Below, piece by piece: positions 51,201 to 62,376 of a stretch of 64,000 bases of DNA (positions within the stretch are counted from its first letter, which is position 1; each line of letters begins with the position of its first letter). Location: positions 20,354,871 through 20,418,870 of the forward strand of contig NC_092676.1 of assembly GCF_964355755.1 (NCBI RefSeq), in the 5' to 3' direction. The position numbers and the translations under genes were made by a program. The notes beneath the pieces were generated by a model. It searched no databases. It saw only the letters and a list, made by a program, of their open reading frames with translations, and was not told the origin of the DNA. This stretch comes from Antedon mediterranea. Its lineage: Eukaryota; Animalia; Echinodermata.

Positions 51201-53577
51201 CACTACAGTTTACTATAGTGGAGCTGTAGCTTGGTGGTTAACGTGCTTGCCTTCCAATCCCAAGGTTCGGAGTTGTAACTCTTTCAACTTCACTCCGTAG
51301 GCCTCAAATGATAATGATAAATTATTAAAATAGTGATCGCTGATGGATGCGTATGAAATTAAAAAAATTAATTTATTAATTTTTAAGTATTTTTATATTT
51401 CAGGAATATCAAACACAAACAACAAGCTGCAGTTTCCACAGGGAAATATGCAGATAAAGACAAACAACCAGCCAAAAGTAGCCATTGCCAAAGTACAACC
51501 ACAACAGATACAGCAGAGTCCAGCCAGTATGACAACATCCACCACACAATATAACACCTTCCAAACGCAACCAACACAGCAGCGTATGATGAATAGTCAA
51601 GTGTCTACGGCGAGTCCGATGACTAGTAATCCAATGGCAAATTCTAATAGTATGGGCATTTCAAGTATGGCAACTTCTTCAATAGTCAACTCCGGTATGG
51701 CTAATTCCGGTATGGCCAATTCCGGTATGGCCAATTCCGGTATGGCCAATTCCGGTATGGCCAATTCCGGTATGACAAATTCCGTTATGACAAATTCCGG
51801 TATGCCTAATTCCGGTATGCCTAATTCCGGTATGGCTAATTCTGGTATAACAAATTCCGGTATGACAAGTTCTGTTATGACAAGTTCTGGTATGTCCAGT
51901 TCCGGTATGGCAAATTCCGGTATGGCAAATTCCGGTATGACAAATTCTGGTATAGCTAACACTGGTATGAATAATCTGACTATGGCTAGCCAAGGTATAA
52001 CAAACAATCCAGGTATGAACAATTCTGCAATGATGATGAACAGGCCAGCAGGTAATCAGAACATGGCCCAAGCCAGGCCAAATGTCGTAAGCACAAAGGG
52101 AGTAGCAAGTATGCAAATGTCAAACCCTATGGACGTTATGGTCAACAGGCCTAGGCTTGCCGTTCAACCGAACCAACTGACTAATGTAAGTAAGGTGAAT
52201 GCTGTAAGGGCTGGTATTGCTCAATTGAGAGCTAAAAGATTACAGCAGCAACAACAACAGCAGCAGCAGCAACAACAAAATGCACCTAATATGGCCTTCA
52301 AAACAAACCCAGCAATTCCACAACCAAAGTCACTGCCTGGTCCAACAGCTGCGGCGTCAGTACCACAACCAAATGTTACCATCAAACCACCATTTGACGT
52401 AAGTTTTTATTTCAGCAAAAATTATTTCATGAATTTGACTAGACTTGTATATCTTAGATATCCTAATTGCTATGCATGTTAAATTGGATTTTTAATTGAA
52501 AGCTGCACCTAGACAACATATTGGGTATGCTTTCATTGTTTTCGATGAATCTTAATTCTGTATCTATATTTTGTCCACTAGACTAACACTGTGGGAATGC
52601 CAAGTGTACCACCGGCAGCTCAGCAGGCTGCAGACGCCGCTCTTATCACAGCTCGTACACAAGCAATTGACTGGCAGAACAGGCGTAAGTTGCTAATACA
52701 CCATGTCATGATAGATAATTTTAGAGATACGTAAAATATCTCTATTTCTCTACAATGACAAAAATGTTCTAAATTGACTATTTTTGGCAATGTTCTTTAA
52801 GTTGTATTCACACACAAGAATTAATCATGCATAGAACAGAGTTAAGCCTACATATCCAAGTTTCAACTGACTTAAATGCTTGTGTGATCAGTTAACTCTC
52901 TTATACCTCTGTGTCGTTAACTCTGATGTACCTCCGATATAACTCTTAATAGGTTTCAGAGAATCACCTTTGTAACCTTAATTCCAACATATTTCAAAAT
53001 TATAGAAATACCTTCAACTCAATTACAATGAGGATATATCAATTGTAATTATTTGTGTTTAATGCAAGAATAAGATAAACCACATCTGATAGACTACATT
53101 TTATATCTAATAGACTGCATTTTAACTTCGATAGACTGTATTTTAACTGCTATATAGAAAAGAATAAGTTCATGAATAAATAAATATGCCAGTAACATAT
53201 TGATTGATGGAAGAATGTCCTGTATTATGTAATTTATATTTTTTATATTTTTTTTCAGCTCCAACAAACACACCGCCTAACATACCAACACCAAATTTTA
53301 CGATGAACCCAAGTCCACAACAGCCGACACCAAACATGCAACAACAAGTACAGATACAAAGACAGCAAGCAGCAATGGCACCGAAGATGCAAGGGAACAT
53401 AAGACAACAGATGACCAATGCGATTGCACCAAACACAATTATACCAAACCAAATGTCACAGACTCAAATGGCACAAAAACCAAATCTGGTACAAAACAAA
53501 CATTGGTCCCACTAATAATAAGTAACATAAAGAAATTAGAAATATTTAACAGTGCTTGGAATTGTTTGCTGCTATTA

Positions 53578-53611
<34 letters not shown>

Positions 53612-56600
53612 CTTTATTTAAAAACGAATGCAACACTTGAATCACCATATTGGTGTTTTTCACAAGGCCGTTACTTACTACAGTAATTACTTTCAGCTGT
53701 ATTTTATTCTAATAATATTTTATGGAGCACATGATTCTAAGCCTTAACTGTATACCCCGACATATACAGTTGATGACATGGTCCCCTTGTTACCAAATTA
53801 ATCTGCACATGCAGTAGTTATGGCAAGAACCTTATTTCCAACAAAAAACGAATTTTAAAACCGATTACAGTATTTAAAGATAATGAAGAAAAATTGTGTA
53901 TTTAAAGTCCTAGTTTTGTTTTGACAATAACAATAATTTTTTTGGAAGAAAATTCTTTAATATGCAAATTGATTTAGTTTCCTTTTATCAAGAGTCTGTT
54001 CAGCTGTTTTCTACAACAGTTACAATTAAAAATATTGACTTTCATTATTAAAATGTTTTTGCAGAGAATGCCATTGGGGAGACATATTTGGCAAGGTGTT
54101 TTGGAATGGAATGAGGTAAGAAAAACTGTTATGAATTTTAATATTTTGATATGATGTTAAGATCTGTCTACACCAGCAAACTTCATGTGACAAAAAAAAT
54201 GTGATGTGCCCATATATGAACATGATGATGTCATATCACTACCATATTTGATCATATACTATATTTGGGCACATTAAATTTGTTTTTTGTCAAACTAGTT
54301 TGATAGTGTAGACAGACCTTTAGAAAGAGTTTTGTAAATTCCCTGTTTAAATAAGTACTTCCTTAAAGGTCATCAACAGCCTGGCTTCTCATTAACGCTA
54401 GTACAGTAGGTACCTTAAGGATTGTAATGTAATTTTATTAACTGTAATTTTGTATTGTTTTATTCGTTAGCGTTCTAAAAGTTGTCAAGGTCAAGATACA
54501 AAGATTACAAGGTCACTGAACTGTAGCGTTACAACTCAAGATGAATCGGTTAAAATGAATAACTGGCCAACAAAGTTGGTTATGCAGATAATTCCACCAA
54601 ATATACTTGTAAGTGTTTGTTAAGGTTTGGCTTATTTAATTTGGACTATACAGCTTTCATTTATTCAATTATGTGAAGGTCCGCTCGTAGATTGATACTT
54701 AGAGGTCTGTCTACGCTATCCAAAATTGTGTGATGTGCCCAAATATGGTAATGATATGATGTCAACAACAAAATGTGATGTGCCCATGTATGATGATTTC
54801 ATATAACTACCATATTTGGGCACATCACATTTTTTTGTCAAACTAGTTTAATAGTGAGCTTAAACCTGTAAATATATATGTGTTTTTCCACTAGAATTCG
54901 CTGAAGCCTCTCATTCAATCTTCCAAACAAGTTCTGTTCACATTTCCAACTGACAATGATCCTGAAGCGCTGAGTTCACTCAACCGTGTCATGCCTACTG
55001 GATTTGTAAGTACTGTAGACTGATCACAAATGGCATAATTGCCTCAAAATCTCACATATATCGGTCTAATTTGGTCTTGAAAACTTGAAAAATTAAACTT
55101 TATTTACCTGTTTGTGTGTATAGTGATCACAAATAGTCAATGTTTTGAAATCTCGGCATTAAAGTTTGAGACTCCTTTTTAAGCCTGGCGCACACTAGAG
55201 CTATTGGCTGAGCCAACTGGCACGAGTAACATTCGGCTCACTAAAAAATTTGCCGCAAACTGTAATCGGACTCACACTAAACGCCTTCAGTACGTGATTT
55301 TCTGATTGGATAATTACTTAATACGGTATACGGCACCCGCTGGCATATTATAATCAATCAAACGTGTCATACTAAGTGAAATTTTTAGTGAGTTATCTGT
55401 TCACGTTTGGCGCACACTTGAGGAAATAGCATGTCAAAAAATATTAAACATGATATTTTCCTCAGCGGCATGCATGGCCAATTCCTCACGAAATCCCCAG
55501 CGCACACTGTGAGCAACGTGCTACTCGTGCCAGTTGGCTCAACCGATAACTCTAGTGTGCGCCAGGCTTAAATGAACTCTTAACTGACCTAGTCTACCAT
55601 TGCAAGATATGTACACATAGTAATATTTATTTAGATATTATTCTTTGTTCTTTTCCCTCCAAAAGTACAAAAATACTTTCAATCATAATTGTGCTCAGAG
55701 TCTAGATAATTTTAACAATCAACAAACACTCAAAGCGCTCTGATCTTTACAAAATAATGCTATATAAATGCCACATTATTAATATATATAATAAATAGTA
55801 TTACTATTAGGTAGTAACTTTGAGTGTTTCTTTTGTATAGGCTGGTTGTGTACATTTTGAACAGCGAATGGCCCCACAACGTGTTACTGTTCTAATGCTC
55901 TACTATGTTGTACAAAAGAAACAGTTTATTGGCATGATTCCAAATGACCAATCACGATTCATCAACGAGTTTAAAAACATTGTGTCAAGACATAAAAAAG
56001 ACAGAGTAAATGTAAGTACATGAGTTGTGAAAATGCACAGTGTACAATGTGATAGAAAATGATTGTTTTTGTGACAATATTGTGTAGGCAGAAACAGAGC
56101 AGTGGGCCAACCACCATGCAATGCAAAATATAACCCATAGTGGAACTGTAGCTTATTGGTTCCAATCCAAGGTCCGGAGTTCAATCAATTGTAACTCACA
56201 GCTCTTTCAACTCCACTTCCTAAGCCTCAAATGATGAGTTTATAAGCATGATAAATTAGTAGTAAAGTAGTAAATGAATAGTTTATCCATCCTGTAATTG
56301 ACGAGTTACTTGTTGTTGGATGCATATCAATATTTTTTTTAAATAATAAATTCTATAGTCACCAACAGATAGCCTTTCTTTGTCAGTGCTTTTATGAATG
56401 AACCAGTTGGGAGCAGGAATGGTAATACACTAAACTCAGTACCGTTTTGATTTCACAGTAATTTGGGAAGTTACCTCATGACAATAGGTTAAGTTCAGCA
56501 CTGTTTAAGCCCTGTTTCTCTGCCTATTTCAAAATCCTGAACATGCTACTGATAACCAAAAAGAAAAAAATGTTGCTGAATTACGCTAACTTAGTTATTT

Positions 56601-59600
56601 ATTGATCATTTTCTGCCAACAAATAACAACTGGTATGTATTTCATCTTTATCATCAACTCTCTTCTGTACCAAATGTTGTAAATGTTTATATTCGTGTTT
56701 ATAGCTGCAACAACAGTTTCAACCTGGTCAACCAAGGCTACCAAATGTACCAGCAATGGGAGCAGCATCCACTGCGCCAATCAACAGCAACCTAGGAATT
56801 CCTATGGTACAGCAACCGACACAACAGCAGCAGCAGCAGCAACAACAACCAGCCCAAGCACAACCACCGACACCGCAAACGCAACCGCAAACGCAACCGC
56901 AACAGCAGCCGCAACAGCAGTCTCAGCAGCAGCCGCAACAACCACAGGTATGTACTTGTATTAGTAAATGTTGCACTGTTTTTTTTTTATTGAGTTGTAT
57001 TGTTTTATCACACTCACAATTTGTTATGTGTTTATTTTTGGAAATTACTCTATTTTGTATCTTAAGCTCTGTCTACACTATCAAACTTTATGTGACAACA
57101 AAATATGATATGTCCATATATGGACATGATGATGTCATATCACTACTGTATTTGGGCATATCACTACCATATTTGGGCACATCACACTTTTTTTGTCAAA
57201 CTAGTTTGATAGTGTAGACAAAGCTTTATGCACTTGGTTGTGTTGAATTAGTTTTGATATCACCGACTTGTTCCAATAAAAGTGATGTTCAAGTTCTTAT
57301 TGCCCCTTTTCAGAATCCATGCACCATCTATGCATTGTGGGAAATTTGACAATAATATGAACTGGACATGAAGTTTAGTTAATCCCATATTTATCTCAAA
57401 ACACAATGAATTGCAGATTGAAGTTTCTGTTCAAGGAGGGAAGGTTAAATATCAACAATCTAGATTTAAGCGAAAAATCTGGGACCATAACATTTAGTGG
57501 GAATGGGTGGTGCATGTTTTGCAAAAGGGGAACAGGGGTGAGGGAATTGTGCTGTATCCAGTGGTGTAACGGCTATGAGCGCTCACTGGCTAAACCCAGG
57601 AGCCCTGAAGCTTTTCGGGGGCCCCTCGTTTATTTCGTTTCGTTTCGTTTATTTATTTTTTTCTACTCACTTATATATATATATATATATATCATTTACA
57701 TTTACATAACATATATTAAATGTGGGTGGATGGAAGTCACAGTAAGTTCACTGAACTTTAAGTTGTGGCTCCCGTATGCCTATAAGTATACTAACATTGC
57801 TACAGAGTAGACTAAAATATGAATATATAATAGTGAAAGTACATAAAATAAAAAAAAAAATAAAAAATTTAAATTATAGAAGTTAAGATAAACCAGGCAA
57901 TTATATAATATAATGATAAAAGGGATAATGATAACAATTAGAGTACAATATGAAATATAATTAAATATGGTATAATAACAAGTATAACGATACAATGTAG
58001 CGGAGATTATTGAATACCAGGGTGAAGGATTTAATGCCATGTATCACCACCAAATAAATAAGGATAAAAGATCGGCGAAAAATTATGTAGCATATTCTGA
58101 CACCATTTTGTGTTTGAAATTAGATTTAAAACTAGAAAAGGAAGATTTCTGTTTAAGTTCATTTGAGAGTGAAGTCCAAAGTTTGGGACCAAAATAATAC
58201 ATAGAAAATCGTCGAGCCTTAACATTTAAATTATCGAGTATATAATTGTTAACAGAGGATCGGGTTTTATAGGAATGGCGTTCGTCAATTCTTGTAAATA
58301 AAGCATTAAAATGTGAAGGCAGTAAATTGTTAGATAAACGGTACATAAATGAGGCAACTTGTAATTTATTTAAATCATAAATGTTTAAAACGTTAAATCT
58401 TTTAAAAAGTAATTTTGTATGGGCTCTAAATGATTCTCCCGCGCAAATCCGAAGTGCACGTTTTTGTAGTTTAAAAAGGCGGTCAATTTGAGTTTTCTCT
58501 AGACTTGTCCAGGGGCATAACGTATTAAATTTATCTAGAGTAATTGCCCAACATAAATTGGCATAAGAAAGGTAAGGCAAGCTTTATCCTGAAGCTTTTC
58601 GGGGCCCCTCAGCAGTTCCCAGAGGAAAAACAGGCACCAAATATGTCAAAAATGCTAAAAACGCCCAAGACGTCCAGCGTTGGAGGGTTCCTAAAGCAGG
58701 AACCTCAGCCCTCTGCGTTACGCCACTTTCTAAATATTTGCACCTAACGATTTTATTGGGTTACATTTGTTACTTTTAACCACTCAATAACTAAAAATAG
58801 ATTTATGGCTATTTATTGGTATTATTTAAATTATACTGTATATAACTACATAGAGATAAACAAACTAACAATTGCACATAACATTACACTGTACCACTAC
58901 ACAAGCTGCTATACAATGTTTTGATTACTGACTAAAAGTTGTTGTGTTACTTTTCTATTATCTCTCTGTTTTCTTCAGATGTTTAACACTGCAATTAACC
59001 AGAAAATTTACAAAAACCAGGTAAGTTTTGAAATTTATACAACAGGAAGGGATGTTACATGCTGTATAACAAATGAACTTGAGAAATGTGTTAATGTAAT
59101 AGGCATATGGTATACACAATCTTGAACTGTAATGGGCCTGTGTTTGAGGTTGTAGGGCAAGACAGACCTCATTCTCACCACCTTATTTATACCAAATATA
59201 AGTTAATTGATTATCCCACTCTTATTATTGATGTTTGTAGTGTTTTTGGTTTCTTTTTGTGGTTTTCTGTTGGTATTTTTTGTTTGTTACTCACTTTTTA
59301 GTCATATAGATGTCTATAATTTGTAATCATTTTTGTTTTCTTTATATTTATTTTGGAATTTTTGTTTTTGTTTCTCTTGTTGAATTTTGATTCATAAACA
59401 TTGAATCTTAAAATAATGTTACATAAAGCCATTTTCTTGTATGCCTATATTCAATCTTATTTTAACCATTTAATTGTCATGCTATCTAAAAAAAAAGTTT
59501 ACTTTCTTATTTCATATTCTTAGCAACAAAACTACAGAATAAGTTGCTTTAAGCCGATTTTCCACTAGGCGAATTTATTCGCGCGAATTGAAGGCGTCAG

Positions 59601-60712
59601 CTAAGACGCATGCGTAGAGAAGGATTTGGAAGATGTTAACATGAATACACATGCGTACAAGCTGGCGCTTTCGATTCGCGCGAACAAATTCGCCTAGTGG
59701 AAAATCGGCTTATGTTGGAACGCAAATTTCAGTTTTGTTGGATACATTTGTGAAATCTAAATGTTATTATTTTATGTTGATTATTATTTTTTTTTTTGCA
59801 TATGAAAATTTCACTTAAATTAAAAAAATGTTTTATTCAGATGCAAATTCAAGAATTAGAAAAGAATTTAGCAGCTGCCCAGGTCCAAAGTCAACAACTC
59901 AACCAGATGAAGTTGCAAGTAACATATGTAAATACAGTTTTGACTTATTTTTTCTTTATTTAATTCTATACAGTCAACAGTCCAAAACTGGACAACAATC
60001 AAACTTAAACCAATAAAAAATTATTTAAAATGCATTCTGAAAACTAAACATTATGAAATACCAAACATTTTGAGATAACCCAATGGTATCCAGTTTTGAA
60101 AAGTTTAGTACTAGAAGTTGTAGAAAACGAAATGAAACTAAATCCGTAAACTTTAAAAAATATGTAAAAAAAACTATAAAAAAAAAAAAACCCCACATAA
60201 CTAAAGAGCTGTTTCTGCTGTATAGCGCCGAATAAGCCATTTCAAAATAGATTAAAAATATAATTTTTATATTGACTGCATTTCTGCTCAATTGTTGCTC
60301 CTAAATAACCGTTTAAATCAGTGGTTGGTCGATCGTCAACGGAAAACCATGGCAGTACCCAAAATGCAATGTGCTCTGGCGGTCAATTCAAATGTTACTG
60401 CATTGTTGTAGTTGAATCAAAGTCAACAGCTGTCAATCAAATAACCGTTATTTTGCATTGCAGTTAAAAGTAACCGGTTAAACACCGAATTGATTGGGTA
60501 TTTTTAACCGTTATTTTCATTTAACCGGTTACTGAAAATTTGTCCTGTTTCTGCTTCCAAATATTTGGGGTTAATTTATTCACACGATTTCCTCTTCTTA
60601 AAATATTGTAGCAACAACAGCAGCAACACCAACAGAAACAACAAAAGCTACATCAGCAACAAGTAATGCTGCAACTACAGACCATACAGCAACAAAATCA
60701 GCTTCAGCAGCA

Positions 60713-60768
<56 letters not shown>

Positions 60769-61780
60769 AGCAACAGATGAACACAGGGATGGGGGTCGGA
60801 GGTCAGGCTACAGGTCAACAGTTACAGTCCAACAATCCTCAACTTCGACATCTACTAATGAATCAAGCGCAATCACAGGTGAGTTGTTATAGATTTAGTA
60901 TCTGCTGTTATTAGTTTTAGTATTTCAAATTTGGTTTATATTTTTTATTAAATTATGCGCGTATGACTTATCAAGCTTTTAATTTAAGTCTTTTTTGGAC
61001 ACCTCTATTAAAGGGACACTTCCCCATGAAATAAAACAGAGGCAATACATATTTAACACTACAGCCAAAAAATTGGTAAATTTGTTGTTGTCTTTATATG
61101 TGTATATTGATCTGTGCAATTTTTATTGTTATGTAAATCCCAAGCAATTCAGTTTCTTTTCTGTGATTTGTGGATATATTAGAATAAATAAATAAATTAA
61201 AAAAAAAAACAAAAACAAAAAAAACCCCTGTTCAGGTGACTATTAAAGGAAAATGTTCTCTTGAAATGAACTAAGGCACAGTATATGTTGTAACAGTACA
61301 GCCAATCTTATTCAGTGGATACCCTTATTTAATGTAAGTGAACACTTTGTTGGATCATGAAGGTGTAGTTTCCTAATAGGGGTGTCCTCTGAATACAGTA
61401 CAGTACTTATTTGAGCCCATTTTACACTATATAACTGTACTATAAGTATTTATATTATCCTCGCCAATTATTTAAAAATAATATAATATGTAATATACTT
61501 TTCTAATACTCAATAAATATGAAAATGACAGGGCCAACAACCAACTCAGACAGCTGTACCAAACCAACAAGGATGGCAGCTTCAGCAACAGCAACAACAG
61601 CAGCAGCAACAACAACAACAATTTCAACGAGGACCCGCCCCACCTATGATGATGCAACAACCAATACAAAGACAGAACATTACCCAACCAAATCAAATGG
61701 CAATGAACCAGAATATTCAAATGAACCAATCAGGAGCAACTATTGCAGATGACCTTAGTATTATTGATTTATTAAAATAG
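30229..61780 (+). CDS. MED25: Mediator of RNA polymerase II transcription subunit 25 (~1194 aa, 20 coding exons)
   Basis: Exons 30229-30335, 31270-31315, 34936-35060, 36531-36629, 46711-46831, 47916-48069, 49234-49362, 50851-50976, 51404-52398, 52582-52684, 53259-53488, 54065-54115, 54471-54608, 54895-55005, 55841-56011, 56705-56947, 58979-59020, 59841-59918, 60612-60878 and 61532-61780; total 3585 nt, phases consistent. VWA domain (VVFVIDGTANL, FVGGGGE..SL.AEGL, DPHHLVLLQG), ACID/PTOV domain (WQGVLEW, WPTKLVMQIIP, AGCVHF, FIGMIPNDQ), NR box NPQLRHLL and C-term DDLSIIDLL. Confidence 0.93.
33759..34126. mobile_element. Degenerate Tourist/Harbinger-like MITE (related reverse copy at ~38190-38525)
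   Basis: Imperfect termini AGGGCCTGTTTAGACC / GATCTGAACATACCCT. Internal similarity to 38300-38520 on the opposite strand (GATGTTCGCCCAA, AAAGCCACCTCT). Confidence 0.5.
34200..34403 (+). mobile_element. tRNA-derived SINE
   Basis: GCTGTAGCTGGGTGGTTAACATGCTTGCCTTCCAATCCCAAGGTCCAGGGTTCAATTC with an A-rich tail. Near-identical head at 51218. Confidence 0.75.
35079..35265. mobile_element. MITE, AGCTCTGTCTACACTATCAAACT family
   Basis: Perfect TIR AAGCTCTGTCTACACTATCAAACT / AGTTTGATAGTGTAGACAGAGCTT with internal 21 bp repeats ATATGCCCAAATATGGTAGTG. Confidence 0.9.
41222..41468. repeat. 21 bp minisatellite (~11 units)
   Basis: (ATTGGGATTAATAATCCACAT)n. Confidence 0.9.
42190..42680. repeat. Imperfect ~110-150 bp tandem repeat (about 4 units)
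   Basis: Recurring TGAAAACAC..TATTTTATAAAGAACAATCTAGAATTAAAGATAGCAAACATAAGAAATA...GTTAGAGTTGCAACCTTT. Confidence 0.8.
43280..43925. mobile_element. Mutator-like foldback element with 9 bp TSD
   Basis: Termini GGGTATTGCTAAACACCGCAAACCCC / reverse complement; almost wholly palindromic with internal duplications. TSD CCATTATAA at 43271-43279 and 43926-43934. Confidence 0.9.
44430..45420. repeat. ~120 bp tandem repeat (~7 units); first unit interrupted by a MITE
   Basis: Repeated TTGTGACATTGACTTGGTTACATAAGCCATACTGTACACCATATTATTCTTCACAATTCAATTGATTGCCCAGTGTGTATTTCATTACACCTTACTTAGACCCTACTGTAGTATTTATTTA. Confidence 0.92.
44520..44678. mobile_element. MITE, AGCTCTGTCTACAC family
   Basis: Family TIRs and internal CCCAAATATGGTAGTGAT repeats. 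Confidence 0.85.
46037..46203. mobile_element. MITE, AGCTCTGTCTACAC family
   Basis: Family TIRs and internal repeats. Confidence 0.85.
46474..46640. repeat. (CAT/CTT)n trinucleotide microsatellite
   Basis: Degenerate TCATCATCTTCA run upstream of the MED25 exon at 46711. Confidence 0.9.
48317..48480. mobile_element. MITE, AGCTCTGTCTACAC family
   Basis: Family TIRs and internal repeats. Confidence 0.85.
48975..49163. mobile_element. Small inverted-repeat element (~50 bp arms), probable MITE; related single arm at 44016-44070
   Basis: GCTTACCTGGATAAACCGACATGGGCCTATTCTCTCCGAGAAGAGAGTT pairs with AGCTCTCTTTTCGGACAGAATAGGCCAATGTTGGTTTATCCATGTAAGC. Confidence 0.65.
50594..50779. mobile_element. 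Tourist/Harbinger-like MITE
   Basis: TIR AGGCCAATTTACACAGA..AGCAGTAA / TTACTGCT..TCTGTGTAAATTGGCCT. Confidence 0.75.
51218..51366 (+). mobile_element. tRNA-derived SINE (internally deleted)
   Basis: Head nearly identical to the 34200 copy; a further degenerate copy lies at 56140-56335. Confidence 0.65.
51688..51972 (+). repeat. 15 bp coding repeat encoding (NSGMA/T/P)n in MED25
   Basis: (AATTCCGGTATGGCC)-type units, ~19 copies, within exon 51404-52398. Confidence 0.92.
54159..54319. mobile_element. MITE, AGCTCTGTCTACAC family (another copy at 54702-54861)
   Basis: Family TIRs and internal repeats. Confidence 0.8.
55182..55568. mobile_element. MITE with ~45 bp TIRs
   Basis: AGCCTGGCGCACACTAGAG..ATTGGCTGAGCCAACTGGCACGAGTA / reverse complement, in a TA/TTAA context on both sides. 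Confidence 0.9.
57064..57226. mobile_element. MITE, AGCTCTGTCTACAC family
   Basis: Family TIRs and internal repeats. Confidence 0.9.
57559..58728. mobile_element. hAT-like MITE (CAGTGGCGTAAC termini) split by a LINE insertion
   Basis: CAGTGGTGTAACG at 57559 and CGTTACGCCACT at ~58716-58727, with GC-rich GGGGCCCC internal motif. No clear 8 bp TSD. Confidence 0.55.
57628..58587 (-). mobile_element. 5'-truncated CR1/L2-group LINE 3' end
   Basis: ORF 58083-58580 (PYLSYANLCW..LFKLQKRALRI..HTKLLFK.FNVL...HSYKTR...FSMYYFGPKLW.SL) is a typical post-RT C-terminus. AT-rich 3' UTR and (AAACG/AAAT)n tail. Flanked by a 23-24 bp duplication CCTGAAGCTTTTCGGGG(G)CCCCTC. Confidence 0.85.
59551..59711. mobile_element. 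Palindromic MITE
   Basis: AAGCCGATTTTCCACTAGGCGAATTT.TTCGCGCGAAT / ATTCGCGCGAA.AAATTCGCCTAGTGGAAAATCGGCTT. Confidence 0.9.
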
Positions 61781-62280
61781 TTTGGTTTAAATAACTATGT
61801 TTTTACACAGCATTGTCATTTTTTTCAGTAATTTTGCCTTTGGAATTTTAATCAAAGATATATGGGAAAGGCAAGAGCATTAGTTATGAATAGGATATCA
61901 TCTTTCTGAAATAGTATAGCTATGCTTATGCACAAAAACAGGGACATTGAATGCCAGCTACAATTGCCAATGATCTTACCATTTATGTACTGATAAATGT
62001 TATGATGGTATGCCTATTATTTATATATCAGAAGTAAAGGATAAATAATAACACATACTTTGTTTAAGCGGCGTACAATCTTAATTAATTATATTATTAG
62101 AATACAATAAATTTACAAAACAAATAAGAAATAAAGCTTTAGGTATTGTTAATTAAGAAGTCCTATTTATGCATGGATGGTCACTGTGGCATAATATTAA
62201 TAATATATTATCCGATTTAAGTTTATTCACAACAGTAGATTATTGAGTAAATAAGTTAGAGTATTGGTACTAATTTGGAA

Positions 62281-62376
62281 TACAATAGAACCCTTTCTTC
62301 AGGAAACCTCTATTTAGGGGACACCTAACATTATATTGGGTCCTGAAGGTGTACATTTAATAGGGGTTTTACTGTA
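62281..62376. mobile_element. Short Tc1/mariner-type MITE (degenerate relatives at ~27310-27510, 30400-30538, 61225-61400)
   Basis: TACAATAGAACCC...GGGTTTTACTGTA termini with internal ACCTCTATT.AGGGGACAC motif. Confidence 0.55.

Noticed and set aside
51597-52116. Antisense ORFs (IPELA)n and (HTGIG)n
   Set aside because: These are shadow frames of the 15 bp coding repeat in MED25.
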